64,000 nt of DNA from Spirochaetia bacterium (GTDB taxonomy: Bacteria; Spirochaetota; Spirochaetia; SZUA-6; Bin103): the NCBI GenBank assembly GCA_965208575.1, contig CBDBOV010000001.1:320001-384000 (forward strand), given 5' to 3'. The position numbers and the translations under genes were made by a program. Shown here piece by piece: positions 39,234-49,154 of this stretch. Each line of letters opens with the position of its first letter. Within the stretch, counting starts at the first letter, position 1. Under the pieces are notes generated by a model. It worked only from the letters and a program-made list of their open reading frames with translations. It did not search any database and was not told the DNA's origin.

Positions 39234-40967
39234 ATGAATTCCCACTTGTTGTCCGACGCCGCGATCCGCCAGTTCATCGTGGACGGCTACGTGCAGGTGC
39301 AGACGGAGCTGTCCGAGTCGGTGCACCGCGCCATCTTCGAGAAGACCGACGCCATATTCTCCAAGATCCGCAGCCCGGAGGTGGAGTGGGCGTACAATCC
39401 CCTCAACAACGTGCTGCCGGTGGTGCCGGAACTGCAACAGGTCATGGATGCGCCGCAGGTGCGCGGCGCGCTCACCAGCCTGCTCGGGCCTGGCTACGTG
39501 ATGCTGCCGCACCGCCACTGCCATCCCAACTTCGCCAGGCCGGAGTCCTCCGTCGCGGACGGGCGCAAGCTGATCATGGGCATTCACAAGGACGGCCACG
39601 CCGGCGGCCAGAAGCCGCGCCACCGGGTGCCGCGCTGGGCGATCCTGTTCTACTACCCGCAGGAGTGCCCGGACGAGCAGGGCCCAACGGTGATCGTGCC
39701 GCGCTCCCACTTTCAGCACAACCTTGCCCGGCAGGGCGACGCCGACCCCAATCTGACCCTGGCGGCTCGCGGCGACGGCACCTACGGATTGCCCGAGCAC
39801 TACATCCACCGCACCCTGCTGCCGCTGGCCGGCGGTCTCGGCGCGGTCTCGATCATGCACTTCGACGTCGGCCACTCGGTGATCGAGAACCTCGCCCGGC
39901 AGCACCGCTACGGGCAGAAGTTCGTGTTCATGCGCACCGAGGAGCCGGAAGCGGCCACCTGGGACAATCGGGTGGAGGATTGGGAGCAGCCCGACGTTGC
40001 CGCGATTCCGGACCATGAGATTCTGTGGACCTACATCTGGAACTGGATGCGCGGCGGGGATGACCGCTTCCGGCGCGGGGCGGGAGCCCGGTTGCAGCGC
40101 CGCGGCGCCGCCGAGCTGATTCGCTTGCTGGAGGCACCGGAAGCGCCGCAGCGGCTGCAGGCGGCCAACGAGTTGGGCTTCCTGCGTGCGGCGGCGGCCG
40201 ACACCGAGGGCACGGTGGCCGCGCTGGTGCGGGCGCTGCGCGACGAATACGAGCCGGTACGCCTCAACGCCGCCTATGCGCTCGGCGCCATCGGCGCACC
40301 GGCGCAGGCGCCGCTGCTGGAGCTGCTTGCCACGGATGCCGCGTTCTACGAATTCGACCCGGTAACGCACGTGTCGATCGCCGCCCATGCCCTGGGCGCC
40401 ATGGGCGGGCCGGCCGTGGACGCACTGGCCGAACGGCTGACCGCCGACGGCGAGCACACCCGCTCCTGGGCCGCCTATGCGCTCGGCGAGATTGGGAGGC
40501 CGGCGGCCGCCGCGTTGCCGCGTTTGCTGGCGGCGGCCCGCGACGCATCGCCGAACGTGTGCCGGCATGCGCTGTCCGCGATCGGCATCATAGCCAACCC
40601 CGCCGACCGGGTGGAGGAGGCCCTGGTGGAGCGGTTGGCGAGCGAGTCGGACAGCGAGTTGCGCCAGTACGTGCTGCAGGCACTGTTCCGCATCGGGCCG
40701 TCGAGCAGTTCTGGTGTGCCGGTGGTGGCCGCCGCGCTTGGCGACGACGACGGCTACGTCGGCGCCTACGCCGCCGAGCAGTTGTTCCGCACCGGCACGC
40801 CGGAAGCGTTCGCGGCGCTGGTTCCCTACCTGCGCGGCCAGCGCTGGTTCCCGCACGAGCCGATCACCGAACAGCGTATCACCGAGCGGCGCGGGCGCGC
40901 CCGGACGCAACGCCTCGCCAAGCTGCGCCGCGCCCCGGAGCTGACGGTGACCGTCGGCGGCGGCTGA
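39234..40967 (+). CDS. PhyH-like dioxygenase fused to HEAT repeats
   Basis: FIVDGY, IHKDG, GPTVIVPRSH; C-terminal VRLNAAYALGAIG/AAYALGEIG repeats. Confidence 0.85.
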   Translation: MNSHLLSDAAIRQFIVDGYVQVQTELSESVHRAIFEKTDAIFSKIRSPEVEWAYNPLNNVLPVVPELQQVMDAPQVRGALTSLLGPGYVMLPHRHCHPNFARPESSVADGRKLIMGIHKDGHAGGQKPRHRVPRWAILFYYPQECPDEQGPTVIVPRSHFQHNLARQGDADPNLTLAARGDGTYGLPEHYIHRTLLPLAGGLGAVSIMHFDVGHSVIENLARQHRYGQKFVFMRTEEPEAATWDNRVEDWEQPDVAAIPDHEILWTYIWNWMRGGDDRFRRGAGARLQRRGAAELIRLLEAPEAPQRLQAANELGFLRAAAADTEGTVAALVRALRDEYEPVRLNAAYALGAIGAPAQAPLLELLATDAAFYEFDPVTHVSIAAHALGAMGGPAVDALAERLTADGEHTRSWAAYALGEIGRPAAAALPRLLAAARDASPNVCRHALSAIGIIANPADRVEEALVERLASESDSELRQYVLQALFRIGPSSSSGVPVVAAALGDDDGYVGAYAAEQLFRTGTPEAFAALVPYLRGQRWFPHEPITEQRITERRGRARTQRLAKLRRAPELTVTVGGG

Positions 40968-41014
40968 CCGCGCTTCCTTCGCGAGTGCAGAGTACCGAAC
41001 GAGTCGGCCAGCGG

Positions 41015-42787
41015 GTGTCGACGCTGTTCGGCAGCACGTTGCGCCACACTCCCGCCGAGGCGGACCTGGAGTCGCACGCGCTGCTGCTGCGCGCCGGCTA
41101 CGTGCGCCAGTTGGCCGCGGGCATCTTTTCCCTGCTGCCGCTCGGCTGGCGTGCGCTGCGCAAGATCGAGCAGATCCTGCGCGAGGAGATGGACCGCATC
41201 GGCGGACAGGAGCTGTCGCTGCCGGTGGTGCATCCGGCCGACTTGTGGCAGGCCACCGGGCGCTGGCAGCAGATCGACGCCACCCTGGCGCGGTTCCGCG
41301 ACCGCCGTGAGCGCGACCTGGTGCTGGCCATGACCCACGAGGAGGCGGTGGCGTTCCACGCGGCTGCCGAGATCACCTCGTACCGGCAACTCCCGGCCCT
41401 GGTGTACCAGGTGCAGACCAAGTTCCGCGACGAGTTGCGCCCGCGCGGCGGGCTGATCCGGGTGCGCGAGTTCCGGATGAAGGACTCCTACTCGCTGGAC
41501 CGCGACCAGGCCGGGCTGGAGCGCCAGTACCGCGCCCATTACGAGGCCTACCAGCGTATCGGGCAGCGCACCGGCGTGCCGCTTACCGCGGTGCGCAGCG
41601 ACACCGGTATGATGGGCGGCGCGGTCGCGCACGAGTTCATGTACCTCACCTCCGCCGGGGAGGACAGTCTCGCGCTGTGCGGTCAGTGCGGTTACGCCGC
41701 CAACCGCGACGTGGCCGAGTTCGTCCTCGAACCGGCAGCCGGCGAGCAGGCAGCGCTGGAGGAGGTGCACACCCCCGGCACCGCCACCATCGACGACCTG
41801 GCCGCCTACCTGGGCATCGCGCCGCGGCAGACGGCCAAGATGGTGTTCTACGCCGCCGCCGCGACCGATGCGGGCGGAGCCGGTCATGCGTCCGGGACCG
41901 GCGCAGAGAGAGTTGCGGTGGTGGCGGCAGTCGTGCGCGGCGACCTGGAGGTCAACCCGATCCAGGTGCAGCACCTGGCCGGCGTGGGGGAGTTGCGGCC
42001 CGCCCACGAGGACGAGATCGCGGCCACCGGCATGGTGCCGGGGTTCGCGTCGCCGGTGGGCATCGACCCGGGAGCGGCGGCCTTCGTGGTGGACCGCCAG
42101 GTGGCGGAGAGCACCAACCTGGTGATGGGCGCCAACCGCGCCGACTACCACCTGCGCAACGTGTGCTGCGGGCGCGACTACCAGCCGACCGTGGTGGGCC
42201 CGGTGGCCGCCGCCTTCGACGGCGCGCCGTGCGCCGCCTGCGGCAGTCCGCTGCGGCTCGTCCGCGGCGTCGAGGTGGGCAACATATTCCAGCTCGGCAC
42301 CCGCTACGCCGAAGCGCTGGAAGCGCGCTTCACCGACGAGGCGGGCAGCGCTCACCCCATCGTGATGGGGTCCTACGGCATCGGCCTGGAGCGGCTGCTG
42401 GCCTGCGTCGCCGAGGAGCACCGCGACGAGCACGGCCTGGTGCTGCCGGTGTCGGTGGCACCGTACCAGGTCGCCCTGGTCGCCCTGGCACGCAAGGAGG
42501 AGACCTGGCAGGCGGCCGAGCGCGTGTTCGCCGACCTGGTGGCCGCCGGCATCGAGGTGCTGTACGACGACCGCCGCGCCCTGAGCGCCGGCGTCAAGTT
42601 CAACGACGCCGACCTGCGCGGCCTGCCGCTGCGGGTGGTGATAGGCGAGCGCTCCCTGGCGGCCGGCGGCGCCGAGCTGTCCCACCGCGGCCAGCGCGAC
42701 CGCCGCACCATCCCCCTGGACGAATTGCCCGACACGCTGCATGAAGAAATCACCGCGCTGCACGCCCCTCTCACCCTTGCACCATAG
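41015..42787 (+). CDS. proS: Proline--tRNA ligase (bacterial type with editing insertion)
   Basis: SHALLLRAGYVRQ, THEE, KFRDELRPRGGLIRVREF, GVEVGNIFQLGT, MGSYGIG; start 41015 or 40985. Confidence 0.96.
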   Translation: MSTLFGSTLRHTPAEADLESHALLLRAGYVRQLAAGIFSLLPLGWRALRKIEQILREEMDRIGGQELSLPVVHPADLWQATGRWQQIDATLARFRDRRERDLVLAMTHEEAVAFHAAAEITSYRQLPALVYQVQTKFRDELRPRGGLIRVREFRMKDSYSLDRDQAGLERQYRAHYEAYQRIGQRTGVPLTAVRSDTGMMGGAVAHEFMYLTSAGEDSLALCGQCGYAANRDVAEFVLEPAAGEQAALEEVHTPGTATIDDLAAYLGIAPRQTAKMVFYAAAATDAGGAGHASGTGAERVAVVAAVVRGDLEVNPIQVQHLAGVGELRPAHEDEIAATGMVPGFASPVGIDPGAAAFVVDRQVAESTNLVMGANRADYHLRNVCCGRDYQPTVVGPVAAAFDGAPCAACGSPLRLVRGVEVGNIFQLGTRYAEALEARFTDEAGSAHPIVMGSYGIGLERLLACVAEEHRDEHGLVLPVSVAPYQVALVALARKEETWQAAERVFADLVAAGIEVLYDDRRALSAGVKFNDADLRGLPLRVVIGERSLAAGGAELSHRGQRDRRTIPLDELPDTLHEEITALHAPLTLAP

Positions 42788-43268
42788 CGACGCGCGCTTT
42801 CAGCAGACGGGTCCGAACGCCGGAAACGGCAGAATTCGCATGGCCGGGATCGACGACAGACAGCTTGCAGGAACGCACGACGGACGGCCAACTCCGCACG
42901 CGGCCACGGCGTGGAGGCGGCGCTACCGCGCCGGCTCGGGCGGCGGAGCTGGTCCGTAGCCGTGGCACATGCGGTGGTGCGCCAGGCACGCAAGAACCAA
43001 GTTCTCCGGCTCCGGGCCGCCCCCCTCGGCAACCGGCAGCAGGTGGTGGATCTGTAGCAGGTGGGACGAATTGCAGCGGCGACCGGTGAGCGGGTCCCGA
43101 TAGCGGCAGCGCCCCCCGTCGCGTAGCCAGACGTGACGCCGGACAGCCGCCGGAATGGAGCGCCGCGGCGGCGGCCGGCGCGCGCCGAGCGGAACATCGC
43201 GGGTGCACCGCGGCGATGCTCCCCCCGGCGAGCCGCCCGCACCACGCGCCGGCGGCACGCCGCTGGCC

Positions 43269-43480
43269 AACTTCGGCGCCGCAGCCGCGGCCGACCGGAT
43301 CCGCGTCGCACCAGCGCCATCGGCGGAGTCGCCGCTGCGCAACTTCTGCGCCGCAGCCGCGGCCGGCCGGATCGGCGTCGCACCAGCGCCGTCGGCGGAG
43401 CCGCCGCTGCGCAACTTCTGCGCCGCAGTCGTGGCCGGCCGGATCGGCGTCGCACCAGCGCCGTCGGCGGGGCCGCCGCC
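43269..43480 (-). repeat. 72-bp tandem repeat x3 inside HNH ORF
   Basis: AACTTC anchors at 43269, 43341, 43413; encodes QKLRSGGSADGAGATPIRPAAAAA. Confidence 0.9.
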
Positions 43481-44569
43481 GGCGCTCTGACCCGCCGGCG
43501 CCGCAGCAACGGCGGGCGCGGCCGAAGCAGCGCCACCTGCGCGGGTGCCAACTGCCCGTGCACCGCCCGCCGGGGCGACGGGCGCAACGCCGCGCACCCC
43601 GCCAGCGTTGCGGGTCGTCGCGGCCCGCGCCTGCGCCCCGGCGGCCGCGGCCGCCGCCACGACCGAGGCTGTGCGGGTCCGCTCCCGCCGCGACGATGCC
43701 GCCGTGCCGCCCGTACGCCCCCGCCTGCCACCGCCGCCCCGCGGGTCGTGCCGCGCCACCGCCTCGCGCACCAGGAGCGCCACCAGATCCCCCCACGACA
43801 TGCGCGGGTCGACGTGCGACCGCAGGTCCTTCAGTTGGCGCAGTCCCTGCTCGCACTCCTGGTCGATGCTCACCTTCAACGTGTAGCGGTCCGGCGCCAC
43901 CGCGCGCAGCGTGTCGCGCGGCGGTACCACCTGGGGAGCGGCACTCGCCAGCAGGCCGGCGACTTGGCGCGTGGTCATGCCGGCGGCCTGCTCGATCAGT
44001 TCGCGCTGGCGCCGCGGGTGCAGCAGCGCGGCGGCCGACACCGGCCCGGCCGACCGCTCCGGGCCGGAACACGGTTCCGGGTTGGAACACGGTTCCGGGT
44101 TCCGATCACCCCGCGACGGCGCCGGTGCGAGCGCAGCGGTGCGCCGCGGCTCCGATGGCGCCGCGACCGGCAACGGTACCGGCTCGGCGCCACCCGCCGG
44201 CGGCAGCAGCGGCGCGGCCGGGCCCTGGTCCGAGGCGGCCACGGCGGGATCGGGAGCGCGCACGGGTGCCGGACAGTGCCAGGCGGCTCCGCTCGGCTCC
44301 CGCCGCGCCGGCAGCGCATCGGCATGCCGGGCGCCGAGGTGCTGCGCAGCCGCGTGGCTCGCCACCGGCACTACCGGCGTGGTCGCCGCCTCATTACCCG
44401 TGAGACCGGGCCGCGGAACACACCCCGGCGCCACACGTGGCGCGTGCAGGGTGGCGGCCGTCGAAGCCGGTGCAGCGCCCGAGGTGGCGGCACTCGAGTC
44501 CAATCGGCCCACCGGCTGCGCACCCGCCGCTGCCGGGCGGGCACCGACTGCCGCCGAGTCGTCCGCCTC

Positions 44570-44852
44570 GTGGCCTCCGGCGTCACCGAGCGACCGCGCC
44601 GCCGGCTCGTCCGGCGGTCGGCTGCAGCCGTCGCTCACGGTGTGCCGGTCTTCGCGGCCCCCGGCGGCACGGGACGACCGCGCCGACGAGCCGTCCGATG
44701 ATGGTCCGCAACGGTCGCTCACCGTATGCCGGTCCTCGCGGCCTCCGGCGTCACCGAGCGATCGCGCTACCGGCTCGTCCGGCGGTCGGCTGCAGCCGTC
44801 GTTCCCGCCATACCGGTCCTCGCGGCCCCCGGCGGCACCGAACGACCGCGCC
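44570..44852 (-). repeat. 84-bp tandem repeat x~3.4 inside HNH ORF
   Basis: CGGTC(C/T)TCGCGGCC anchors at 44646, 44730, 44814; encodes ARSLGDAGGREDRHTVSDGCSRPPDEPx. Confidence 0.88.
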
Positions 44853-45247
44853 TCCTGGTCGACGGCGGCCACGCCGGGCGGCGCCGATGCCGTCACCGCC
44901 GCGGCACCGGCCATCCCCGCTCCCGACGCTTCGGCATCCTGGTCACCCGCTCCGCTCAGCGCAGCAGGCAGCCCATGCAGACCTTCGCAGCGCTCCTGAT
45001 CGACGCGCGCGCTCGCTCCCCGGCACTGGCGCTCGGCCGCCCCAAACGCGGTCTCCAACTGCGCCGCCGACGTCACACTCAGTTCGCCGCTGTGCAGCAT
45101 GGCCCGCACCCAGCCATGCCGCCGGCACAACCTCATGGTCTGAATACGCCGTTGCGCGGCCGCGTCGGTGAACCGCAACTCCCGCACCGCGTAGTCGAAC
45201 AGGCTCGAGAACCCGCGCCGCAGCGCCAGCCCGCGCCGGTCGATCTC

Positions 45248-45514
45248 GCAGACGGTGTCAGCGACATCGCCGCGTTGCGCAAATTGTTGGATTTCGGCGC
45301 GCCGATCCGAGGTATTCGTGACCTGCACGCCAAGGTTTACCTGTTTGGTACTCGGCGGGCAATCGTGACATCGGCGAATCTCACCGAGGCAGGACTGTCC
45401 CGCAATCCAGAATTCGGGATGATTACCGACGAAAGAGCGGCCGTTCGAGCATGCCGAAGCTATTTCGATGATTTGTGGCAACGCGGCGGTGGCGCACCCG
45501 GCGCACCCAAGTAG
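45248..45514 (+). pseudogene. Fragment of PLD-family nuclease domain
   Basis: GVSDIAALRKLL...LHAKVYLF...IVTSANLT..GL..N.EFG; no start. Confidence 0.75.
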
Positions 45515-45516
45515 AC

Positions 45517-45545
45517 TTGACCCTCAATCAGTAACCCCGTATTCT
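45517..45545 (+). promoter_or_regulatory. Near-consensus sigma70 promoter
   Basis: TTGACC (45517-22)-N17-TATTCT (45540-45). Confidence 0.65.
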
Positions 45546-45549
45546 CATG

Positions 45550-45686
45550 GTTCAGGGTTCCTGATACGTAGACCCTGACTTCAACGGTGGCTCTGTTCGT
45601 TGCGGTCTTAGCAATCTGATAGTTTCTTACTCTTAATCTATTTGTAATATCTGAGAGATCAGAGTTGCTGCAACCGCAGTGGCGAA
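45550..45686 (+). ncRNA. Candidate structured RNA (two hairpins)
   Basis: Stem TCAGGGT/ACCCTGA then long stem TGCGGTCTTAGCAATCTGAT/ATCAGAGTTGCTGCAACCGCA; AT-rich; directly after promoter. Confidence 0.35.
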
Positions 45687-45848
45687 GTGGGCTATAGTTC
45701 CATTGGGTATATTGGGCCTCGGCTTCACGTAGTGATTTATACGGTCCGTGACGGTGCGAGGCGTATCATCAGCCTGCGCAAGGCGAACAAGCGGGAGGAA
45801 GCGAACTATGCCACCGCTCAAGCCGGACCATATCAGTCCGACGGATGA
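45681..45848 (+). pseudogene. BrnT toxin, N-terminally truncated
   Basis: GE...IGYIGPRLHVVIYTVRDGARRIISLRKANKRE; in-frame TAA at 45645 upstream, so the N-terminal part is absent. Confidence 0.8.
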
Positions 45849-46131
45849 CGAGAACGCTGCAATCGACGCCGGCATCGCAGCCGATCCTGACACGTTTGAG
45901 TTGGACGCGGTGTGGTTCAGGCATGCGCGTCTCGCCTTTGAAGTCGATCCTGATCTAGCGACGCACCCCCGCGTTGCGAGTGACAGTCCGAGGTCTGCGC
46001 GAAGGGAGCGCGTCACGATCATCCTGGATGCCGACATTGCACAGCATTTCCGATCCACCGGGAGCGACTGGCAGGCTCGGCTAAACGAGACACTGCGTCG
46101 TGCCGTGTTCGGCACCGGCAGTCGAGCATAA
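45808..46131 (+). CDS. BrnA antitoxin
   Basis: AAIDAGIAADPD, RERVTIILDADIAQHFRSTGSDWQARLNETLR. Confidence 0.85.
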   Translation: MPPLKPDHISPTDDENAAIDAGIAADPDTFELDAVWFRHARLAFEVDPDLATHPRVASDSPRSARRERVTIILDADIAQHFRSTGSDWQARLNETLRRAVFGTGSRA

Positions 46132-46248
46132 CTCTGCAAGGGATCGCTGGATAGTCCGCCGGGAGCGCCGGAGCGCCGCGGTTCGGATGGCATCCTCCCC
46201 AGATGGCGGCGCCGCCGGGGCGTCAACCACGAGCGCTGAGCGGATCAC
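46130..46248 (-). pseudogene. Possible VapC/PIN toxin remnant
   Basis: GTGA-coupled to the antitoxin, begins IRSALVVDAPA then loses PIN similarity. Confidence 0.4.
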
Positions 46249-46475
46249 CCCAGTTGCTCGTCGCGTCCCGCTCGCTCCTGTTCCAGCACTTGTGCTGCCG
46301 GGACGCCGAGCTTCGTAGTCGAACGTCCCGCGAACCGTCCCTGCCATTCCTGGCGCGCGAGTTCGCGTTCCACCGCGTCCAGGACCACCTCGCTCATTGT
46401 TCGCCTGCTCGCACGCGCGTGGCGGCGCAGGCGTTCGTGCAGTTCCGGGGGCACATTCTTGACCAGGAGGTCCAT
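46245..46475 (-). CDS. FitA/Arc-like ribbon-helix-helix antitoxin
   Basis: LLVKNVPPELHERLRRHARASRRTMSEVV. Confidence 0.8.
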   Translation of the reverse strand: MDLLVKNVPPELHERLRRHARASRRTMSEVVLDAVERELARQEWQGRFAGRSTTKLGVPAAQVLEQERAGRDEQLG

Positions 46476-46559
46476 GGGATCCTTATAGCATGACGGGAGG
46501 GTGGCAGGGACAAGTGCCGGCCCACCGAGTCTGCCGTAAGCTTCGGGGTAGCATAGCGA

Positions 46560-47708
46560 TCAGAGGCGGTCGGGAGAGGGGATGTGGAAGGGGAGGGGAC
46601 ACCATGAGCAGAGGGTGGCGGAGACGGCGCCGGGTGCGGGGAAGGCGCCCGGAAGTGGGCCGGCGAGCGCGCGCAGTGCTTCCGCGGCGGTGAGACGAAG
46701 GTGTGGCGCGGCGTTGGCAGGCTCGCAGCCGGCCTGCGCGCGGTCCACCCACAGCCGCAGGCTGCCGCCGCCGGCGATCCGGACCACCGCCTCGCCGGCG
46801 GGCAGGGGCTCGGAGTGCGCCCGCTCGGCGAGCAGTGCGGTCAGCACGGCGGGCCAGTCGAATACCTGCCAATTGCCGCAGCATTGCACGCGCGTGGAGT
46901 CTGCCAGCGCGCCGAGCCGGCGAGCCAGGGCGCGCTGCCATGGCGAGACCGCCACCTTCACCTGCGGCGCGGACCGTTCGGCGCGCCAGGCCGCGGCCAC
47001 CCGCACCGCGGTAGCGGCGTCCACGGCCACCAGTTCGGTGACGGTGCTCCGGTCACGGCCCGCCACCATGTAGGCGACCAGTTCCTCCGCCTCCAGGGCC
47101 GCGTGCAGGGCGCCGTCCCAGCTCGCACAGATGCGGGGCAGCTCCGCCGGCGGCCGGCGCCAGTGCACCCGTTGGCTGGCGTGCAGCCGTGCGGCCCGTT
47201 CCAGCAACGCATCGCCCTCCAGCAGCCGACGGAACCGTACCACATCCGCGGCGGCGCCGGCGCCGGCGAAGTCGCGCTCGGTGAGCCGGAATGTGATCTC
47301 GGCGCCGGCGCGCTCGTAGCCGAAGTGACGGTAGCGGTGGCCGAGGCCGTCCAGCCAGGAGAGGTGGCAGCCGTCCGCCCGCGCTTCGGCGACGCAGTGC
47401 CCGACCACCGCGCGCATCAGGCCGCGCCCGCGGTGGCGCGGGTGGGTGGCCACGGCGCCGATGCCGGCCACCCGCAGCGCCGTGTCGCCGACCTGCCAGG
47501 TCAACGGGTAGCTGCCGGCTATGGCCACAAGGGCGCCGTTCTCGCGTACGCCCCAGTGGCGGCGCACCAGCTCCGGCTCGGGCCGGTACAGCTTCGGCAA
47601 CATCTTCTCGAAGTCGTGCGGCCCGTAGGTGTGGCTGAACACGTAGTTGATGAGGTCGATCGCTTCCTCAAAGTCGTCGAGGGTCAGTTGCAATACCTGC
47701 GTGCTCAT
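46560..47708 (-). CDS. GNAT acetyltransferase, Eis-like
   Basis: AGIGAVATHPRHRGRGLMR, YRHFGYE. Confidence 0.85.
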   Translation of the reverse strand: MSTQVLQLTLDDFEEAIDLINYVFSHTYGPHDFEKMLPKLYRPEPELVRRHWGVRENGALVAIAGSYPLTWQVGDTALRVAGIGAVATHPRHRGRGLMRAVVGHCVAEARADGCHLSWLDGLGHRYRHFGYERAGAEITFRLTERDFAGAGAAADVVRFRRLLEGDALLERAARLHASQRVHWRRPPAELPRICASWDGALHAALEAEELVAYMVAGRDRSTVTELVAVDAATAVRVAAAWRAERSAPQVKVAVSPWQRALARRLGALADSTRVQCCGNWQVFDWPAVLTALLAERAHSEPLPAGEAVVRIAGGGSLRLWVDRAQAGCEPANAAPHLRLTAAEALRALAGPLPGAFPAPGAVSATLCSWCPLPFHIPSPDRL

Positions 47709-48009
47709 CGCGGCCTCCACGACGGGCGGCGGATCGCCACACCATCGGCGGCCACGTTACCCGTCAGCCTCCCGGCAGACAACTCGCAAGGAACATCCCC
47801 CAGCCCTCCGACTGACGAAGTACAGGCGCCGGCAGCTCTCCACGGCACGCCGATTCGACGGCACGGCCGCGGCTTCGGAAGCGGGGCTTGCACTGTTGGC
47901 GGATGCTGCGGGCCTACGGCAGGCACGTTGCGCCGCACGCGCTGCCGCACTGCTGCTGCGGCGCAGCCAACTTGGTCAGCGTGGCGCAAGCCGCTATGAT
48001 GGTCCCGTT

Positions 48010-49116
48010 ATGGGTGACGCATACGTTGCGGAGGGAGTGCGGCGGGCCGCCGCGCTGGGCAATCGCGGACCGCTGGAGTTCACGGACGACGGCGCGCTGG
48101 CGCCGCACATCGACGACGCCTACTGGCGGACCGGGTTCTACATCTTCGAAGGCGTGTTCGGCGACGACGAGGTGGCCGACCTGGTAGCCGACTTCGACCG
48201 CTTCCTGGAACGGACGCCCACTTCCAGCACGGCGACCACCGACGCGGCGGGCCGCCCTGCCTTGTCACCGGGGCCAGGCGGCAGGAAGCGCTTCACGTTC
48301 GGCAAGCCGCTCGGCGACCCGTTCGGCGGCACGGGTGCCGCGCGCGGCCGCTACCAGGCCCGGATGACCGAGTACGACGCTCCCGACGACGCACCCGAGG
48401 AGGTGCTGGTCAACGTGGTCGGGGCGCTGCAGTTCATGGACAGCTTCCTGCGCCTGTACGGCCACCCGGAGTTGCTCGCGGTAGCGGCGCATGTCAACGG
48501 CCCCGACTTCGTGCCGTTCCGCGAGGCGCTGTGGATCAAGGAGGCGGGCCTCGGGCCGTCCACCGCCTGGCACCAGGACGGCACCACCCACTGGGACAAC
48601 CCGGAGCTGGACGCCGGCACGCACGGTTTCAACTTCATGGCGCAGCTTTATCCCACCACCGCCGAGAACGGGCTGTGGCTCATCCCCGGCTCCCACTGCA
48701 CCGGCAAGATCGACATCAAGGCGCGCGTGGCGGCCAACGGCGGCTCCGACCGCCTGCCGGGCGCGGTGCCGATGGTGTGCCGGCCCGGCGACATCGCGCT
48801 GGTCAACCGCCAGATCCTGCACGGCGCCTTTGCCAACCGCTCCGAGCGCCGCCGCGTGTCGCTGACTTTCGGCTTCCACCGCCGCGCCAGCATCGCCGGC
48901 GTCGTGGGCGAGCAGCCGGAGCCGTATAGCGACGAGCGCATCCACCGCCGCGCCCGCGTCATCGCGCTCGGCATCGACGCCCGCCGGCAGCGCTTCCCCG
49001 ACGAACCGACCTTCGCCTACCGACCGCTCGCCGCCGAGGCCGCCGCCAACCGCTGGAACGAGGCCAACCGCCAAGCCGTCCTGACCGACTACGAGCAGTA
49101 CGACCTCGGCATCTGA
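48010..49116 (+). CDS. PhyH-family dioxygenase
   Basis: WHQDG, LWLIPGSH, LHGAFAN; paralog of 32896-34002. Confidence 0.9.
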   Translation: MGDAYVAEGVRRAAALGNRGPLEFTDDGALAPHIDDAYWRTGFYIFEGVFGDDEVADLVADFDRFLERTPTSSTATTDAAGRPALSPGPGGRKRFTFGKPLGDPFGGTGAARGRYQARMTEYDAPDDAPEEVLVNVVGALQFMDSFLRLYGHPELLAVAAHVNGPDFVPFREALWIKEAGLGPSTAWHQDGTTHWDNPELDAGTHGFNFMAQLYPTTAENGLWLIPGSHCTGKIDIKARVAANGGSDRLPGAVPMVCRPGDIALVNRQILHGAFANRSERRRVSLTFGFHRRASIAGVVGEQPEPYSDERIHRRARVIALGIDARRQRFPDEPTFAYRPLAAEAAANRWNEANRQAVLTDYEQYDLGI

Positions 49117-49154
49117 CGCGCACCCTGCCGGGTTCCCGCTGGTAGGCCAGCTCC

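Larger units (their letters stand above)
42923..45255 (-). pseudogene. HNH endonuclease with DUF222-like N-domain and low-complexity inserts; 5' end missing
   Basis: CEIDRRGLALRRGFSSLFDYAVREL N-domain; C-terminal RDGGRC...C...IHH...GG...NLVLACLAHH; upstream frame is antisense of a PLD fragment. Confidence 0.75.

Noticed and set aside
43269-43480. Regularly spaced repeats that could be read as a CRISPR array
   Set aside because: The whole 72-bp unit repeats with no unique spacers, it is in frame within an ORF, and there are no cas genes.
45491-45686. Calling a complete retron
   Set aside because: No reverse transcriptase (YADD in RT context) in the window and no clear a1/a2 flanking repeat; kept only as a candidate structured RNA.
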